From the IMG/VR virus record IMGVR_UViG_3300018414_000001: 64,000 nt of DNA. One strand, given 5' to 3'. Of this stretch, positions 38,903-51,149 are shown piece by piece. This DNA is from an uncultured virus (IMG/VR IMGVR_UViG_3300018414_000001) (lineage: Duplodnaviria; Heunggongvirae; Uroviricota; Caudoviricetes). Within the stretch, counting starts at the first letter, position 1. Every line of letters begins with the position of its first letter. The notes under the pieces are model-generated. The model ran no database searches and was not told where the DNA came from. It was given only the letters and a program-made list of their open reading frames with translations. A program made the position numbers and the translations under genes.

Positions 38903-41563
38903 TCATGGCGTCAACGCCAACGCTTCGGCCAACTTGTTCGCCTCGGTCTCCGCATTTGCCGGAGCCGCCCCATTCCCCCGCATCTTTCGCGGCGCTCTGA
39001 CCCGCACCACGGGCTGTTCGGCGGCGGGATGATCCGAACGATCCAGCGTGAGCCCAGCGGCCTCCAGGATGCCTCGGGCCTTGACGATGGCGGCTTCATG
39101 CTCTGGCATTACCGTGGGGAGGCCGAGCGGGGAGTCCTGGAGGCGGACTTTGGTGTGGAACAGAAGGTGCGATTCGGTCATGACGTTAACTCCTTGTCTG
39201 TGGTTCGTTCGATCGGGCAGTCAGCGATGGATGATAGAAGATCGCATCTTTCGATCAGATCACCGCTTTCGTTGTAAGTTTCCAAAAATCCGCTCTCAAA
39301 GTCGATGCTGATACATTCACTCACTGGGCCTTTGTAATTTGGGTGCGGCACCAGATTGTAAATCTGCATGATCCATGTATCGGCCTGGTCCCATCCGGTT
39401 GCCGTGCCGATATTGCGGCCACAGATAATCCAGTCGGTTGGTTTGTCGGTTGTTAGCCAGTCGCTTGGCTCGTCAGACATTGGTTGGGTCCTTCGTTATG
39501 GCGCACGTTGCGCCTGGGTTAAGAGATAACGGGCTCCCGGATGTACTGAACATCGACGGTTGTAATGCCTACAGGAATTTGACGGCGGTTGGATTCAATA
39601 GTGCGGCCTTGCAGATATGTATCTGTCAAAACCGGGCGTTTGCCCCAAAATTCCAGTTCATTATCGCAGAGAGGGTTGGCGCATGACATTGAACCAGAGC
39701 CGGTTTCAAACGACACCCATTCCGCGATTTCGTCCTGTGTCGCACTCACCGGCAACAAGAACTCAAACTCGATTTTGATTATGCGGTCTTTTGGAAGCTG
39801 CGACATCACTCACTTCCTTTCATAAATGCCAGCCCCGCGCGCCTGCGTCTGGGTGAGGGGAGCGCGCGGGGCCGGCGAGCCACGGCGGGGAGGAACGCCG
39901 GGCTTTGGGGTTGAGGTTCACGTAGACTTCATCGCGGCCTGCAATCGCCGCAGATCGCCTTCCAGCCGTTCCTGAATGATCTGTAACGGTTTGATCTTGG
40001 CCTCGCGCGCGATCCTGCGCCGTTTATGGCGAGGAGGAATCGGGAAATACCGCATCACACCGATTTGATGTTTGATCATGGCTATCGCGTGGACGTAGCC
40101 ATGACTGACGCCGATAGCGCGCTCGATTTCGTTCGCTTCCATTATGGCGCCTCTCCAAGCATCGCAAACCGCGCCTCGACCTCTTCAATCGTCGGCATTA
40201 TATCAGTCTCGAATCCAACCGCCGCGAAAACACCATCGCCGGGAAGCAGCCAATGAAGTGCCTGAGTGTCGAGCAACGCGATTTCGCCCTGCACAGCCTC
40301 ATATTCGACGCGGTTCCGTGGGCGTGGGTGCGTGTCCCGATAAAGATCAGCGGGGCGAGTTTTGGAAACCCCTATCCGGTGGCCTATCGACCGCATTATC
40401 CATAGTGCGACGTACCGCGGAGATTGATCATCAATATGAGGCTTCGCGGACAGACACGCGATAATTGGTAAGCCACCCCGGAATGCCGCCATTTCGATCA
40501 TGTCCGGAACAGTCGCTTCGCGAATGGCCCGATTGCAAAACGCTTCAGCCTGGATCGCATCGAAGATCGCGGCCAAAGATGTGGGTTGCCAATGTTTGAC
40601 GAGGACTGTCATGGCGCCCCCGGTGGCGCGGCCTCGCGGGCGATGGCGTTCTCCAAAACTTTCCGACCCTTCTCCGTCAGTTCGATCCGATAGGAAATCT
40701 CAGGAGGAATCGAATTGCTGTTACAACAAAGTTCCGCGATGACGTTGAGCCAACCCTTCCAGGCAAGCGGCCACGCATCTTTTAGATAATGGATGTGGCC
40801 ATATTTGTCTTCTGGCTTCAGCGTTGCCAGCCAACTCAATGTCGAAATCGCGCTCAGTTCCGGGCGATTCATCATGGCTCGTAGGTGCGCGGCCAGTTCG
40901 GCCCGCAGTTCTTTCCGAACCTGGAACCGGAGATTGGCATCTTCCCGATCGCGCTTACGTTTCGCGCCCACGCCTCGCAGGTCCGACAAGTTGGTTTCTT
41001 CGATCTGCCGGGCGGCATATTCAAGAGTGGCATCGTCGATGGCATCCGGTTGAATCATCACCCCTCTCCCCGCCCTGACACTGGCTCGCGGGTGTTAGCC
41101 AGCGCCACGGCTGCATTATTGTGAATCTCCCATGCCAGAGCCTTCGTGCGCCTGTGACCCGCTTCTCCGAACGCATCCATTAAGGCAATATTGATCGGCC
41201 GCCAGTAATCCGCATCCCTGGACACGGCCAGCCCGATCGCCACGGCATATAGCGCGGCGCACGTTGCTTCAGTCGCGCCCTTGCGGACGGCTTCGGCTTT
41301 AATGACGACGGCGAGTTGGTCGGCGTTGTCCATTATGTGGACTCCGGTGGTGTGGGCTCACCCGCGATGGCGTCCAAAGAATCCTGTTCGCACTCCTCAC
41401 AGAAATCCTTGCCGCCCTCGACGCTCCAATGGTTGCGCTTGAGATAGCCTTTCACATTGCGGGCATCCCATCCGCCGCCGCCAAGATGGGTCAACGGCAC
41501 CAGGATCGTGTTTTCGCAATCAATTCCGTCGCACGAAACGGACATTTCTGCGGATCGCATCAC
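38903..41563 (-). other. Run of small hypothetical genes downstream of the Cro-like gene
   Basis: ORFs ending at 38903, 39178, 39519, 39918, 40142, 40609, 41058 and 41333, many with overlapping starts and stops. Confidence 0.65.
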
Positions 41564-41763
41564 GCGGGCTCCTGAGTTGGAATTGCCCGGATCAACTCGA
41601 TAACGGATATGCCAAGGACCGTGGCTAACGGCTCGGCCTTATCCAAGGGGAGTTTCTGTTTTCCAAGCACAATTCGTGAGAGTGCGTCTTCCGAGATGCC
41701 GATTTCTCTGGCGATCCAGGACTGCTTACGGCCTTGGGCCTCAATGATGGTTTTCAGGCTCAT
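41560..41763 (-). CDS. Cro/XRE-family HTH regulator
   Basis: LKTIIEAQGRKQSWIAREIGISEDALSRIVLG. TTGACA-N17-TAGAAC promoter. Confidence 0.85.
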   Translation of the reverse strand: MSLKTIIEAQGRKQSWIAREIGISEDALSRIVLGKQKLPLDKAEPLATVLGISVIELIRAIPTQEPA

Positions 41764-41961
41764 GACGCGGTTCTAGCGGGTATCGGCGCGGATGTCAATC
41801 TATCAATCGCACTTTTCTCGGAGGAAATCGTAAAAAGTTCTTGCATCCCTCCGCGCCTTCCCCTACGTTCCCTCCCCGAGCCGCCCCTCTGGGCTGCTTG
41901 GACGTTTCCTCCCAAACTGCCGGGCCTTCGGGTCCGGCCTTTTTGGGCAAGATGGAGAGAG

Positions 41962-42534
41962 ATGATGAGCAAGGATGCAGTAGCGACCATGGGCGGCTTA
42001 CTTCCTGATGATGCTGGTGGTCGCGATGCCGTGCATGTCGCGGTTTTCTCCGCCCGCGCGCCGGTTCAGGTGTTCCCGGGCCAGCATGTCGGCCTTGTAG
42101 ACGCCGAGCCTGTGGAATATGGGGATACGGTCGTCTCCCCGCTCGCGCCGTCGGTAGCCATCGTAGACCCGTTCCTGGCCACCCACGCTAATCCTGGCGA
42201 ACGGTTCTGGGCCTATCTGTACCCGCGCACGATCACGGCGTTATCACATCGGTGGTCTCATCCAGCGTTTGAGGATAGCGCGACGGTTTATGCGCCGCCA
42301 GCCTCGAAATTGGAATCGGAGGCCTGGCTGCGGCACTTTTGCGCCACATCGGATTGTCCCTCTTATGAAGAGGTGCTTGGGTTGGCAGTTTCGGACTACA
42401 ATGAAGAATATCTGCACTTCGATGGCCAGGACGCTCACGGTGAAATCCCAGATGAATTCTGGCGTCACGTCGAGGTTGTGATCGGCCGGAAATTGGATGG
42501 CGAACATCCGAAATACTTTTCGTGTTCGTGCTGA
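41962..42534 (+). CDS. Conserved phage hypothetical protein, first gene of early block 2
   Basis: RDAVHVAV, IVDPFL, GERFWAYLYPRTITALSHRWSHPAF, C-terminal FSCSC. GGAG RBS. Confidence 0.7.
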   Translation: MMSKDAVATMGGLLPDDAGGRDAVHVAVFSARAPVQVFPGQHVGLVDAEPVEYGDTVVSPLAPSVAIVDPFLATHANPGERFWAYLYPRTITALSHRWSHPAFEDSATVYAPPASKLESEAWLRHFCATSDCPSYEEVLGLAVSDYNEEYLHFDGQDAHGEIPDEFWRHVEVVIGRKLDGEHPKYFSCSC

Positions 42535-42558
42535 CACCTCATCGCACCGGAGACGAAC

Positions 42559-45500
42559 ATGATCACGCTCGACATGACCAAAGCCGCCGACTCCATGACC
42601 GCCCAGGACCTCATGACGTTCCAGATCGCGTTGCGGAAGCGGCTCGGAGACGATGCTCATGTGGGGTTCGGATTGTGGGAGCGTGGCAAGTGGAATCAGC
42701 AGGACCCGAGAAATGTGGTATCCGTTGGTCTCTACCCGGACGGTATCGGCGGCACGGAAGGCGCTACGCATATCTACGTACAGACCTGGCCTGAAGCCAT
42801 CGCCGCCGCCGACCAATGGATCACCAATTATAAGACAACGCACCGCAACGATATCGTCAGGCGCATGGCGCTGGCGATCATCGAACTGACCGACGAACAT
42901 ACCCGTTGCGATGATGCGATGCTGCGGCGCAAGAAATTCTCGGCTGGCGAGATCGCGGAGTTTCACCTGGCTGCGTGCGCCCGAGCCGGGGAGATGTGCG
43001 GCAATGCGCCGTTCCGGGTGGAGTTTTTTGGGAGCGAGACCAAGGCGACGGGAGATTGACGATGACCGCCGTCCCTATCCGCTGCGACGATTGCAACCGG
43101 AAATTCGCTGACCTGAACAGCCCCGCCGAGCAAGAGGATATGCCCTGATGCCACGCCCGACCACCCGCGCCGACATCTACGCCGCCATAGCCCAGTCCCT
43201 CCGTGAATTCGGCTACGACCATGTTCGGCCAGATCAGATCAAAGACACACACGAGGCCATGATCGCGGGAACTGAAATTCCGCATGGTGTCATCGGCCTG
43301 TTCGCGAAGGACCAGTTGCAGGATTGCATCGACCAGGCAGAAGCGATGGGGAGGGTGTTTTGATGCCTGACACCCCTGACACCCTGACGATCGACCAGAT
43401 CGTTCGCCTCGCCGAAATGGCTATTACCGATTTGCTGGAAGACATGGAGGGCGACTTGCGCCGTAATGGGCATGCCACCGCAAGAATAATTTATGTTTCC
43501 GTCGATGCTGGTAATCTCGGCGTCGCGATTGAGGTGCGGCCATGACGATCCCCTGCGACACCCAACCCCGCATCGACCGCCTCCTGGCCATGTCCAGGGC
43601 TTGCGCTCCAGGCTCGCTCGCCGCCGCACGGCTGGAGGAACGGGCTATCGCGTGCCGGATCATGGTGCGAGAGGATTTGCGGAAGGAGGCAACGAAGTGA
43701 CACCGTTAATTGATCTACCCATCATAACCGAATTGTCCGGCGCGATGCGACTGGCGGATGGAGGTCACAACTTTCCCAACATACAAGTCGTGATCGACGG
43801 CGCACAAACTGAAATCGTTGATCGCGAAGTTTATTTGGTGTCAGTCCAGGATCGCGGCCCGGTGTTGAAGCGGTGCATTGATCGCGGAAATTCGGTTATG
43901 CTCCACCCCGTATTCATGGGTCAGGACAGGCTGAAGCCGCTGATGCTGTTCGGCTACGAGATACCCTGCTTTTCCATCGAATTCAGCGACAGTTTTGACA
44001 AGCGGGTTCTGACTGTTCATGGGCGGCTTGTTGGGTTCGCGCCGTTTCGAGACGACGCATCTATTTCATCCGGCACAACGGAGGCGGGACGATGATCTGG
44101 CGCACCGATATCGAAAATGCCCCGAAAGAGAAAGGAGATAAGTTCCATTCCAGGCAAGAATTTTTGGCTATTCGCAACGGCAAACTCATAATCTGCTGGT
44201 ATAATGATGACCGCTACGCAACGAAACCAAGGCCGTACTGGGACGGTTCAGATGGCTTCATGAATACATTGTATGTGCGGCGGAACCGCTGGAAATCTGG
44301 GAGAGGCCCTATGCCTACTGACATGATCGACACCCACGCCCTCGACCAGGCCGTGATGACCGTCATGCCCGATATCGTGGATGCGATACGAAATGATTCC
44401 TGCCGGACCTATTCCTTCGCGATCAAGGCTTACCGACCCGCCGTGGTCGCTGAATACCACCGCATCCGTGCAATCGAAATCCCGTTCTGAGGACCCAACG
44501 ATGCCCCTGATCCAATCCCCCCGCGCGATCGAAGCCTTCTACGACACCATCCACGGCAACCGTGCCGCCGAGGAAGCCATGGCGTTCGCCAACAAATGCC
44601 GCCAACACCGCATCCCTCTCGACACCCCGATCCCCAATGCGGCGATGAGCGCGGTGCTGACGGCGTATCAGATCGGAGCAGGACCATCGGCGGCGGGTGA
44701 GGCGGATCGAGCCTGGAAACGGGCCAGGGCGCTGTGTGGGGTGGTGTGATGAACTCTTCCGCCATCGAAGCCGCCCGCGTGGCCGCTGAGCAGTTTCTAT
44801 TGCGTCTTGCTGCCTGGGATGTCGCCCAATCGACCTACGAATCGAATGGTGACACGTTCACCAATCCGACGCCTGTGGAAAACGGCGCGCTTCGGCGTGC
44901 AAGCATGGACCTGACGCGGGCGCTGGCGAGGATGCGGAAGCCATGATCTCGCTTATCCTCGCCGCCGCGCTCTACGTCTGTCCGGCCCGCGACGTGCGGA
45001 TCGAGCAGACACCGGACGGGCCGAAGGCGTGCTGCATCGTTGGGCCGAGGGAATTTCATTGTAAGGAGACGTGATGGTAACGCATCTATGCGCGGATTGT
45101 AGCCAGGAATGGTGGCAGGGTCACAAGCCCACCTGCCAGCGCGCCGCGAAAGAGTTTGTCGAGGAAGTAAGCCGCGACGGTTGGGCAACCGCCAAGGATT
45201 ATCCGCGCTGTCCGAAGTGCGGCGATTCTCATATTTGGTGGACTGATAATGCTCCCGCACATGCAACCGATGGATCGAAATGGACGATTCAATGCAGGGG
45301 ATGCGACCACGAATATCCCGTAGAGCTTGTTATCGACTACAGTTTTCGTGTTGCGAACCCGGAGGAAATGTCATGATCCCCCAAACCCGCGACGACGACC
45401 TCAACCACGACCTGACCGACCGGCACGCCTACGAAACTGACGACAACCCGCGACCGAGTTGGTGGCCCTTGTTCGGAACGGTCATCGTCCTGAACCTGCT

Positions 45501-47443
45501 TGGCGCGGGCGCGACGTGGCTCGTGATGCACATGATCGCGACCGGGAGGATATGGTAATGCCCGGTCACACCATGACCCATAATTGTGAAACCTGCGTCG
45601 CCTTTGCCACGCCGGAGCGGCCAGAGAAACCGACGCTGTGCGTGCCCGGGAGGCTCCGGAACCATGACGTGCCGGAGTGGGCCGGGCAGCATCATGTCCG
45701 CGCGGATCAGGGAGAGAGTTGCCCGGCCTGGGAAGCGAAGGAAACCGACGCCATGACCATGACAAGAGACGAGGCGATCAAATACCTGGAAACGACATTT
45801 TACTTCACGCACGATCCGCTGGTGCACGAAGCCATCGTTGTCCTGACGCCGGAGCCCGGCGCAGATCGGGTACAGGCGGCGCTGGATGCCCGCCGATACC
45901 GCCGTCTTCGTATTCTCGGAGCGGCGCCTGCTTACACTAATCACCTTCGCAACGGGAACGTGATGCGATTCAATAATCTCGATACGTTCATTGATGACGA
46001 TATCGAGGCTTATCCATCGCGTGGAGAAGCTGAAGAAGTTCTTTCTTCAACACGTCAGATGCCACAACCCGAGGGCCAGGGCGATTGCATCGCAGCCGGG
46101 CCGGAGGATGACGAGTGGATCGAGTGGCGGGGCGGTGTGAAGTGCCCGGTGCCAGCGGGGGCCAGAACTAAACTCCGATTCCGCGACAACAACACAAGTA
46201 CAACCGTCGATCCTGAGCTATATCGTTGGGAGCATCAGCGTAGAGATTCATATGGCGACATCATCGCCTATCGCATCATGAACGAGGCTCCCGGCCACAC
46301 TGATCTCATGGTTTCACCCGAGGCGATCGACGAATTTATGGCCAAACCGGAGAACGCTTGGGCGCTGGACATCGCGAATCGCGTGGGGAAGCTGGAGGAG
46401 CCGCCGGTGTGGACGAAGGAGAAGGAGCGGTTATTCCGAGAACTGGCGGTTGAGTGGGTATTACTTTCTCCTAACGATGGAGCCAGAGTCCATCGAAATA
46501 AAATCATGAATGCCGCTTTCCTGGAGAAACCAGATGGCCGGTGAAAATACACCCGTGCGTGCCTGGGCCGCGAAGGTGGATGGTGAAATCCTCACCATTA
46601 CCATAGACGAAGATCACACTCAGACCAGATTAAGGTGGGACGAAATACGACGCCTTTCACTCTACTGGCGGAGTAAGTCCGGTAAAATCGTCCCCGTCGA
46701 GATCAGGGAGATCACTAATGAGTGATAGATCGGACGGCCGATGTAGGACGTGTGGTAGGTCAGGTATCGTGGTCGCTACAGAGGCTGCGGCCCGAAATAC
46801 TCCGATGGCCGAGATCGAACGGCTGCGGGCAATCGAGGCGGCGGCAAAGATCGTCGCGGACAACTTTGGAAAAATGCCAATAGAAGCTTTTGTTAAAAAG
46901 CTCCGCGCCGCGCTCGCGGCCAAGGGAGGCGGGGATGGAAAATAACGAGAAATTCTATGACGATGAAATTGCTCCAACCCTCTTACTTCTTTGCAAAAAA
47001 TGCCAGGATCAGGGCATCCCATTTTTAGCGTCGATCGGATATGCTCCGGGCGAAATTGGGCGAACAGCTTTCGTTCCTGTTGGGTCACACGCCGTCATAG
47101 AGATCGGCAACGTGCTTGCACAATGCGGCGCCATGGGCACAGCTATCAACATTGATAATTTTTTATTTTGGTTAATGAAATGGGCGCGAAAGGTAGGCCA
47201 CAGTTCGATCATATTGAGTCAGCTTGGCGTTCCTATGTTGCCAAATCCAGAACCAGCGACCGGGGAGCGGGAGTGATGCTCCACAAACTAAAGCACTGGC
47301 TAGTCCCTCAACGCGGATTCGTGGTCGCCGCGACCGACAAGAACGGAATGGTATGGATCGGATACAAATGCGCGACGTGCGGGCGCGTCACCGGAAAATT
47401 CGCGGCTTACGATCAAATGCCGCCAGACGATAAATTCACCTGA
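42559..47443 (+). other. Early block 2: small hypothetical genes
   Basis: Chain of + strand ORFs, e.g. 42559..43059, 43148..43363, 44092..44490, 45071..45376, ending 46544, 47276 and 47443. Confidence 0.65.
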
Positions 47444-47657
47444 CCACCCGCTCGGCCGCTGACCGAAGCCGACAGGTCAGGCGTTGAAGCGGCTGGCACA
47501 AATTGCATCGCAAAATCCCGCGATCATGTGCCGACCGTCCGGACTGGATTTATAATAGACCGGCGCGATTACGGTCCAAGTCGGAGGCGATTCGGGATGC
47601 CGTATGACACCGACACGGTATTCGTGCCGGATGCAGGTAACTTCTTTCCCGCAGACG

Positions 47658-48347
47658 CTACAGGGCATTGAACCGGCGCATCGTTCTTGAACTCGCCGCC
47701 TTCGGTCTGCATCGCGGCCCCATCCGCGCCGCGAAGTCCTGGGTCCATTGACCATCCGGCAACCGTCGCTTGCTGATGTAGCCGCCGTCCGCTTGCGTGA
47801 ACGGCGCATTGATCGCGAGGATCGCAGGATAGGTGAACGGTGCGACACCCTTTGGATCGAACCAGGCCCGCGTCATGAAGGCGCTGATCTTGATGCCGTC
47901 AATCTCGAAGGCGAATTGATCGTCTTCGCAGGCGTCGGCGCATTCCATGGCGATTGTGTAGGAGACGCCAGCACCGTTCGTCATCTGGACCACGCCGGTA
48001 ATATACGGGTCTGCTAGCATTTCCCAGATTTCGTGGCTGGCCGTAACCTGCCACGAGGTCCCGTCCTTCTGATCATCCTCGACGGCGACGAATGCCTCTG
48101 GCGATGCACCGGGACCGCTCGCATCGTGAAATCCGAGGGCTGATGCCTCGGTCGAGTTGTTGACCAGATGCACCTGCCATGATCCCGCCGGGATGACCTC
48201 GCCGGGTTCGATGGGGACAATGGTTGCCGTCACGCCCCAGGCCAGCCCGAAGTGCTGGTCCAGGGCTTTCTGACACGCCGAACAGAACGCGGCGACATCG
48301 GCCTGCATCAACAGGCCGGTGCTGCGGATGACGGAGATTACGGCCAT
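47658..48347 (-). CDS. Zincin-like metalloprotein
   Basis: ALGFHD, TASHEIWEMLADP, ECADACE. Confidence 0.55.
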   Translation of the reverse strand: MAVISVIRSTGLLMQADVAAFCSACQKALDQHFGLAWGVTATIVPIEPGEVIPAGSWQVHLVNNSTEASALGFHDASGPGASPEAFVAVEDDQKDGTSWQVTASHEIWEMLADPYITGVVQMTNGAGVSYTIAMECADACEDDQFAFEIDGIKISAFMTRAWFDPKGVAPFTYPAILAINAPFTQADGGYISKRRLPDGQWTQDFAARMGPRCRPKAASSRTMRRFNAL

Positions 48348-48358
48348 CGAATTTTCCC

Positions 48359-48895
48359 TTACATCACCAGCTTCAACCGCCCCAGAGCCGGGTTCGCCGC
48401 CGCGGCAACCGGAACCGCGACCGTGGCCGGAGAGATAATCGTGTTCGCCAGCGCCGTCACGGCGGGCCAGAGCGCCCCAACATCCTTGGCGATGTTGATC
48501 GCCGCCGTGATCGTCCCGCCGCCCGGTAAAACGGACAGCCCGGCTACAACGGCATCGACGGCGATGGTGCCGAATTTCTCGACCGTCGCGAGCGTGGTTC
48601 CGGTCGTTACCGTCGAAAGCCCAGAGGTGACCGAGGCACCGACCTGAGTCGCGACATTTTCGAGATCGGTCATAGCCGCGCTGACGGTGGCCGGGATATT
48701 AGCCCCGAACGCGACCAGAACCGCGTTGAGGCTCGATACACCGGCCTGCACGTAGGCAACGGCCTTGGTCACGGCGGCGGAACCAGCGGCGGCTCCGGCG
48801 GTAGTGGCGAAGTTGGAGCACGCCGCCAAAGCGAACGGCACGGCGACAAGCGCGGTAGTCGAGCGAAACGCGGCACGGCGAGAGAGATCGGTCAT
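48359..48895 (-). CDS. Tat-type lipoprotein-like Ala/Val-rich protein
   Basis: LSRRAAF twin-arginine motif and LAAC lipobox. Confidence 0.6.
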   Translation of the reverse strand: MTDLSRRAAFRSTTALVAVPFALAACSNFATTAGAAAGSAAVTKAVAYVQAGVSSLNAVLVAFGANIPATVSAAMTDLENVATQVGASVTSGLSTVTTGTTLATVEKFGTIAVDAVVAGLSVLPGGGTITAAINIAKDVGALWPAVTALANTIISPATVAVPVAAAANPALGRLKLVM

Positions 48896-49114
48896 GGTGT
48901 TGTCCTTTTCAGATTGTCATTGGTTCGTTCAGCAGTCCGGGATCAGCGCGAGTTTGTTCACGAAGCCAGCGATTGTCGCGCTCGACCTTGGCGAATAGTG
49001 CATCCATGGTCTCGCGGTCGATTACTGTCGGGTGACCTTTGCATTGATCCTCGCAGAATTGTGGGTGAGAGCAACCATTTAGGGGATAGGCCCTGCAAAT
49101 CATGGTGTGTCCTT

Positions 49115-49369
49115 TCAGGTTGGGTCGCCAGGAAGTCTGGCTCGCGATGGCTTAAAGATCGAGCGGTTGATCCACATCCAGGCCGTCTCAAGTTGCGTGC
49201 GGCCGATAGCGAGCATCCGTTTGTCGATCTCCGGCGACATCGCCAGACTGTCCAGCGCGCGGAGGGTTTCTTCCTCAAGCTGCTTGTTGGCGTTGACGAG
49301 ATCAATCGCCGCTGTTGGTTGGGCGCGATAGCCGTGGACGGGTAGACCGTCGTGCAGAGGTTCGGTCAT
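49115..49369 (-). CDS. acb2: Acb2-like cyclic-oligonucleotide sponge (anti-defence)
   Basis: GYR.....IDLVN.NK and RMLAIGRTQLETAWMWINRSIFKP resemble the conserved Acb2 termini. Confidence 0.7.
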   Translation of the reverse strand: MTEPLHDGLPVHGYRAQPTAAIDLVNANKQLEEETLRALDSLAMSPEIDKRMLAIGRTQLETAWMWINRSIFKPSRARLPGDPT

Positions 49370-49718
49370 GGTGTTGGCTCCTTGTCAGTTTTTCAGCCGA
49401 TCACTCGTCGTGACTTTGGTCCGTGAGTCGAGCGGCAGGATCGACGCCATGTGCGCCTCGGTTTCGCCCGAGATTATCATGATGTCGCAAGGCAGCCCGA
49501 TTTCGTTACCGTCGATCTTGATGTAGGTGTCACAGGGTTGCGCGCGGAGACGATCCAGGTTTCCGAACGAGAAGCCGAGGACCAAGAGTTTCTTGCCGTC
49601 CGGGCCGGTTGTCATGGCTTTTATCATGGCCAGTCCCTCGGTGTGGTGACGATGGAAAGCCAGACGAGGAACACCGCGAGGATGCCACCGCCGACCGCGA
49701 AAATAAGGTTCGTCCAGG

Positions 49719-49979
49719 TCATGTCACGACAGGCGTGTAGCCTTCCTCGAACTGCTTGGCGGGGCTGATTGATTGATAGCCATCGCCGTCATAAACAACC
49801 CAGAAATCGCCAACGACAGGCGTGTATCGAGCCGTCATGTTCGGCGCATATTCACGAAGAACGGCGGTCCCGTCAGCTTCTTTGACGTAGCAGCCATACT
49901 CGACCACTTCGGTAATTTCGCCTGCGCTTACCTGCTTGATCGACTGGAAGCGCGCCAGCCCGGTTGTCGGTTCGTTCAT
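49719..49979 (-). CDS. Conserved small phage protein
   Basis: GDFWVVYDGDGYQSISPAKQFEEGY motif. Confidence 0.65.
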   Translation of the reverse strand: MNEPTTGLARFQSIKQVSAGEITEVVEYGCYVKEADGTAVLREYAPNMTARYTPVVGDFWVVYDGDGYQSISPAKQFEEGYTPVVT

Positions 49980-50651
49980 GGTGTTGGTTCCTTTTCAGTG
50001 CCATGCGGGGCGCGGCACGAACTGGATTTGCGTGTTCGACAGCGGAATAGACAAGACTTCCAGATCGGCGGCCAGTTCGTTCAGATCATCGCGGCAACCA
50101 ACGATCACACCCTCCCACGCGGCGACCCATTTCTGATCGTATTCGCGCTGGACGGCCGGTGAATTGATGCGTTCGCATGACTGAGTGAAACTTTCCATGC
50201 TCGCCGCGATTTCAGCATAGGAGCGTTTTATCACGACCCGTTCGGCGGCTGTCGATGCGCGGGAAAACGGGGCCTGACGTGTTGTCCTTTTCATGTAGCC
50301 GGTTGCCGTCTTACCAGACGGATGACAAGCTCGCGCGTGTCAGTAAGATCGTATTTTACTCCACCGAATGGGATATTGACATCCAGAACGGTTTCGGTGA
50401 CCGTGGCGCCATAGCCGCCCTCGGGCGACGGCACGCGATCCCGCGCGACGATATCGACGCCCCAGTTTTTGATGACGTGGCCGCGTAGGATGTCAATGGT
50501 TGTTTTCATGGCATGTCTTTTTTTCATGGCATTACCTCCGGCGCACACACCGCGCGTGGGCCAAACGGATGGCGATTGACGCAGTTCATCACGTCGGTTG
50601 AGCAGGCCGAGAGGGCGATGGCGAGCAGAAGCGCGATGGGGACGAGGCGGG

Positions 50652-51149
50652 TCACTGGAAACACTCCGCGGAAGCGATGTCGGTCATGTTGATTGAGCGC
50701 GTAATGCCGGTGCTATACAACAGTCCAAAGTACTGAACATTATATTCGTTTTTCTCGTCAGCGCACTCTGGATGCTGTTCGATTGTTTTTCTGTGCGCCT
50801 CTTCTGTCTCTTTCGCGAGTCTCTCCTGCCGCGCTTTCTCGGCCGCGATTTCCTCATCCGTCGCTGGTTGCCCCATGACCCGGTGCATCACGAACTCGCA
50901 CTCATGCCGCGTCAGGCCATGCTGCACTGAGCGGATGAGACCGTCATACTGCCGTTGGAGGAGATTCCAGGATCGGTCTTCGGGCGGCATACTTCCTGTT
51001 GGTTGAGAAGACCCATCGCATGTGATCGATCCGTCATTCTTAAAATGGCATACCTGATACAGTTGTTCTTGGTTCAAACCCGTCAGGTCCGCTCCCCACG
51101 CCGCCTGCGCGATGACAACGCCGCAGAGGATCAGGGTGAAGCGGGTCAT
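50652..51149 (-). CDS. Secreted hypothetical protein
   Basis: Signal peptide MTRFTLILCGVVIAQAAWG. Confidence 0.55.
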   Translation of the reverse strand: MTRFTLILCGVVIAQAAWGADLTGLNQEQLYQVCHFKNDGSITCDGSSQPTGSMPPEDRSWNLLQRQYDGLIRSVQHGLTRHECEFVMHRVMGQPATDEEIAAEKARQERLAKETEEAHRKTIEQHPECADEKNEYNVQYFGLLYSTGITRSINMTDIASAECFQ

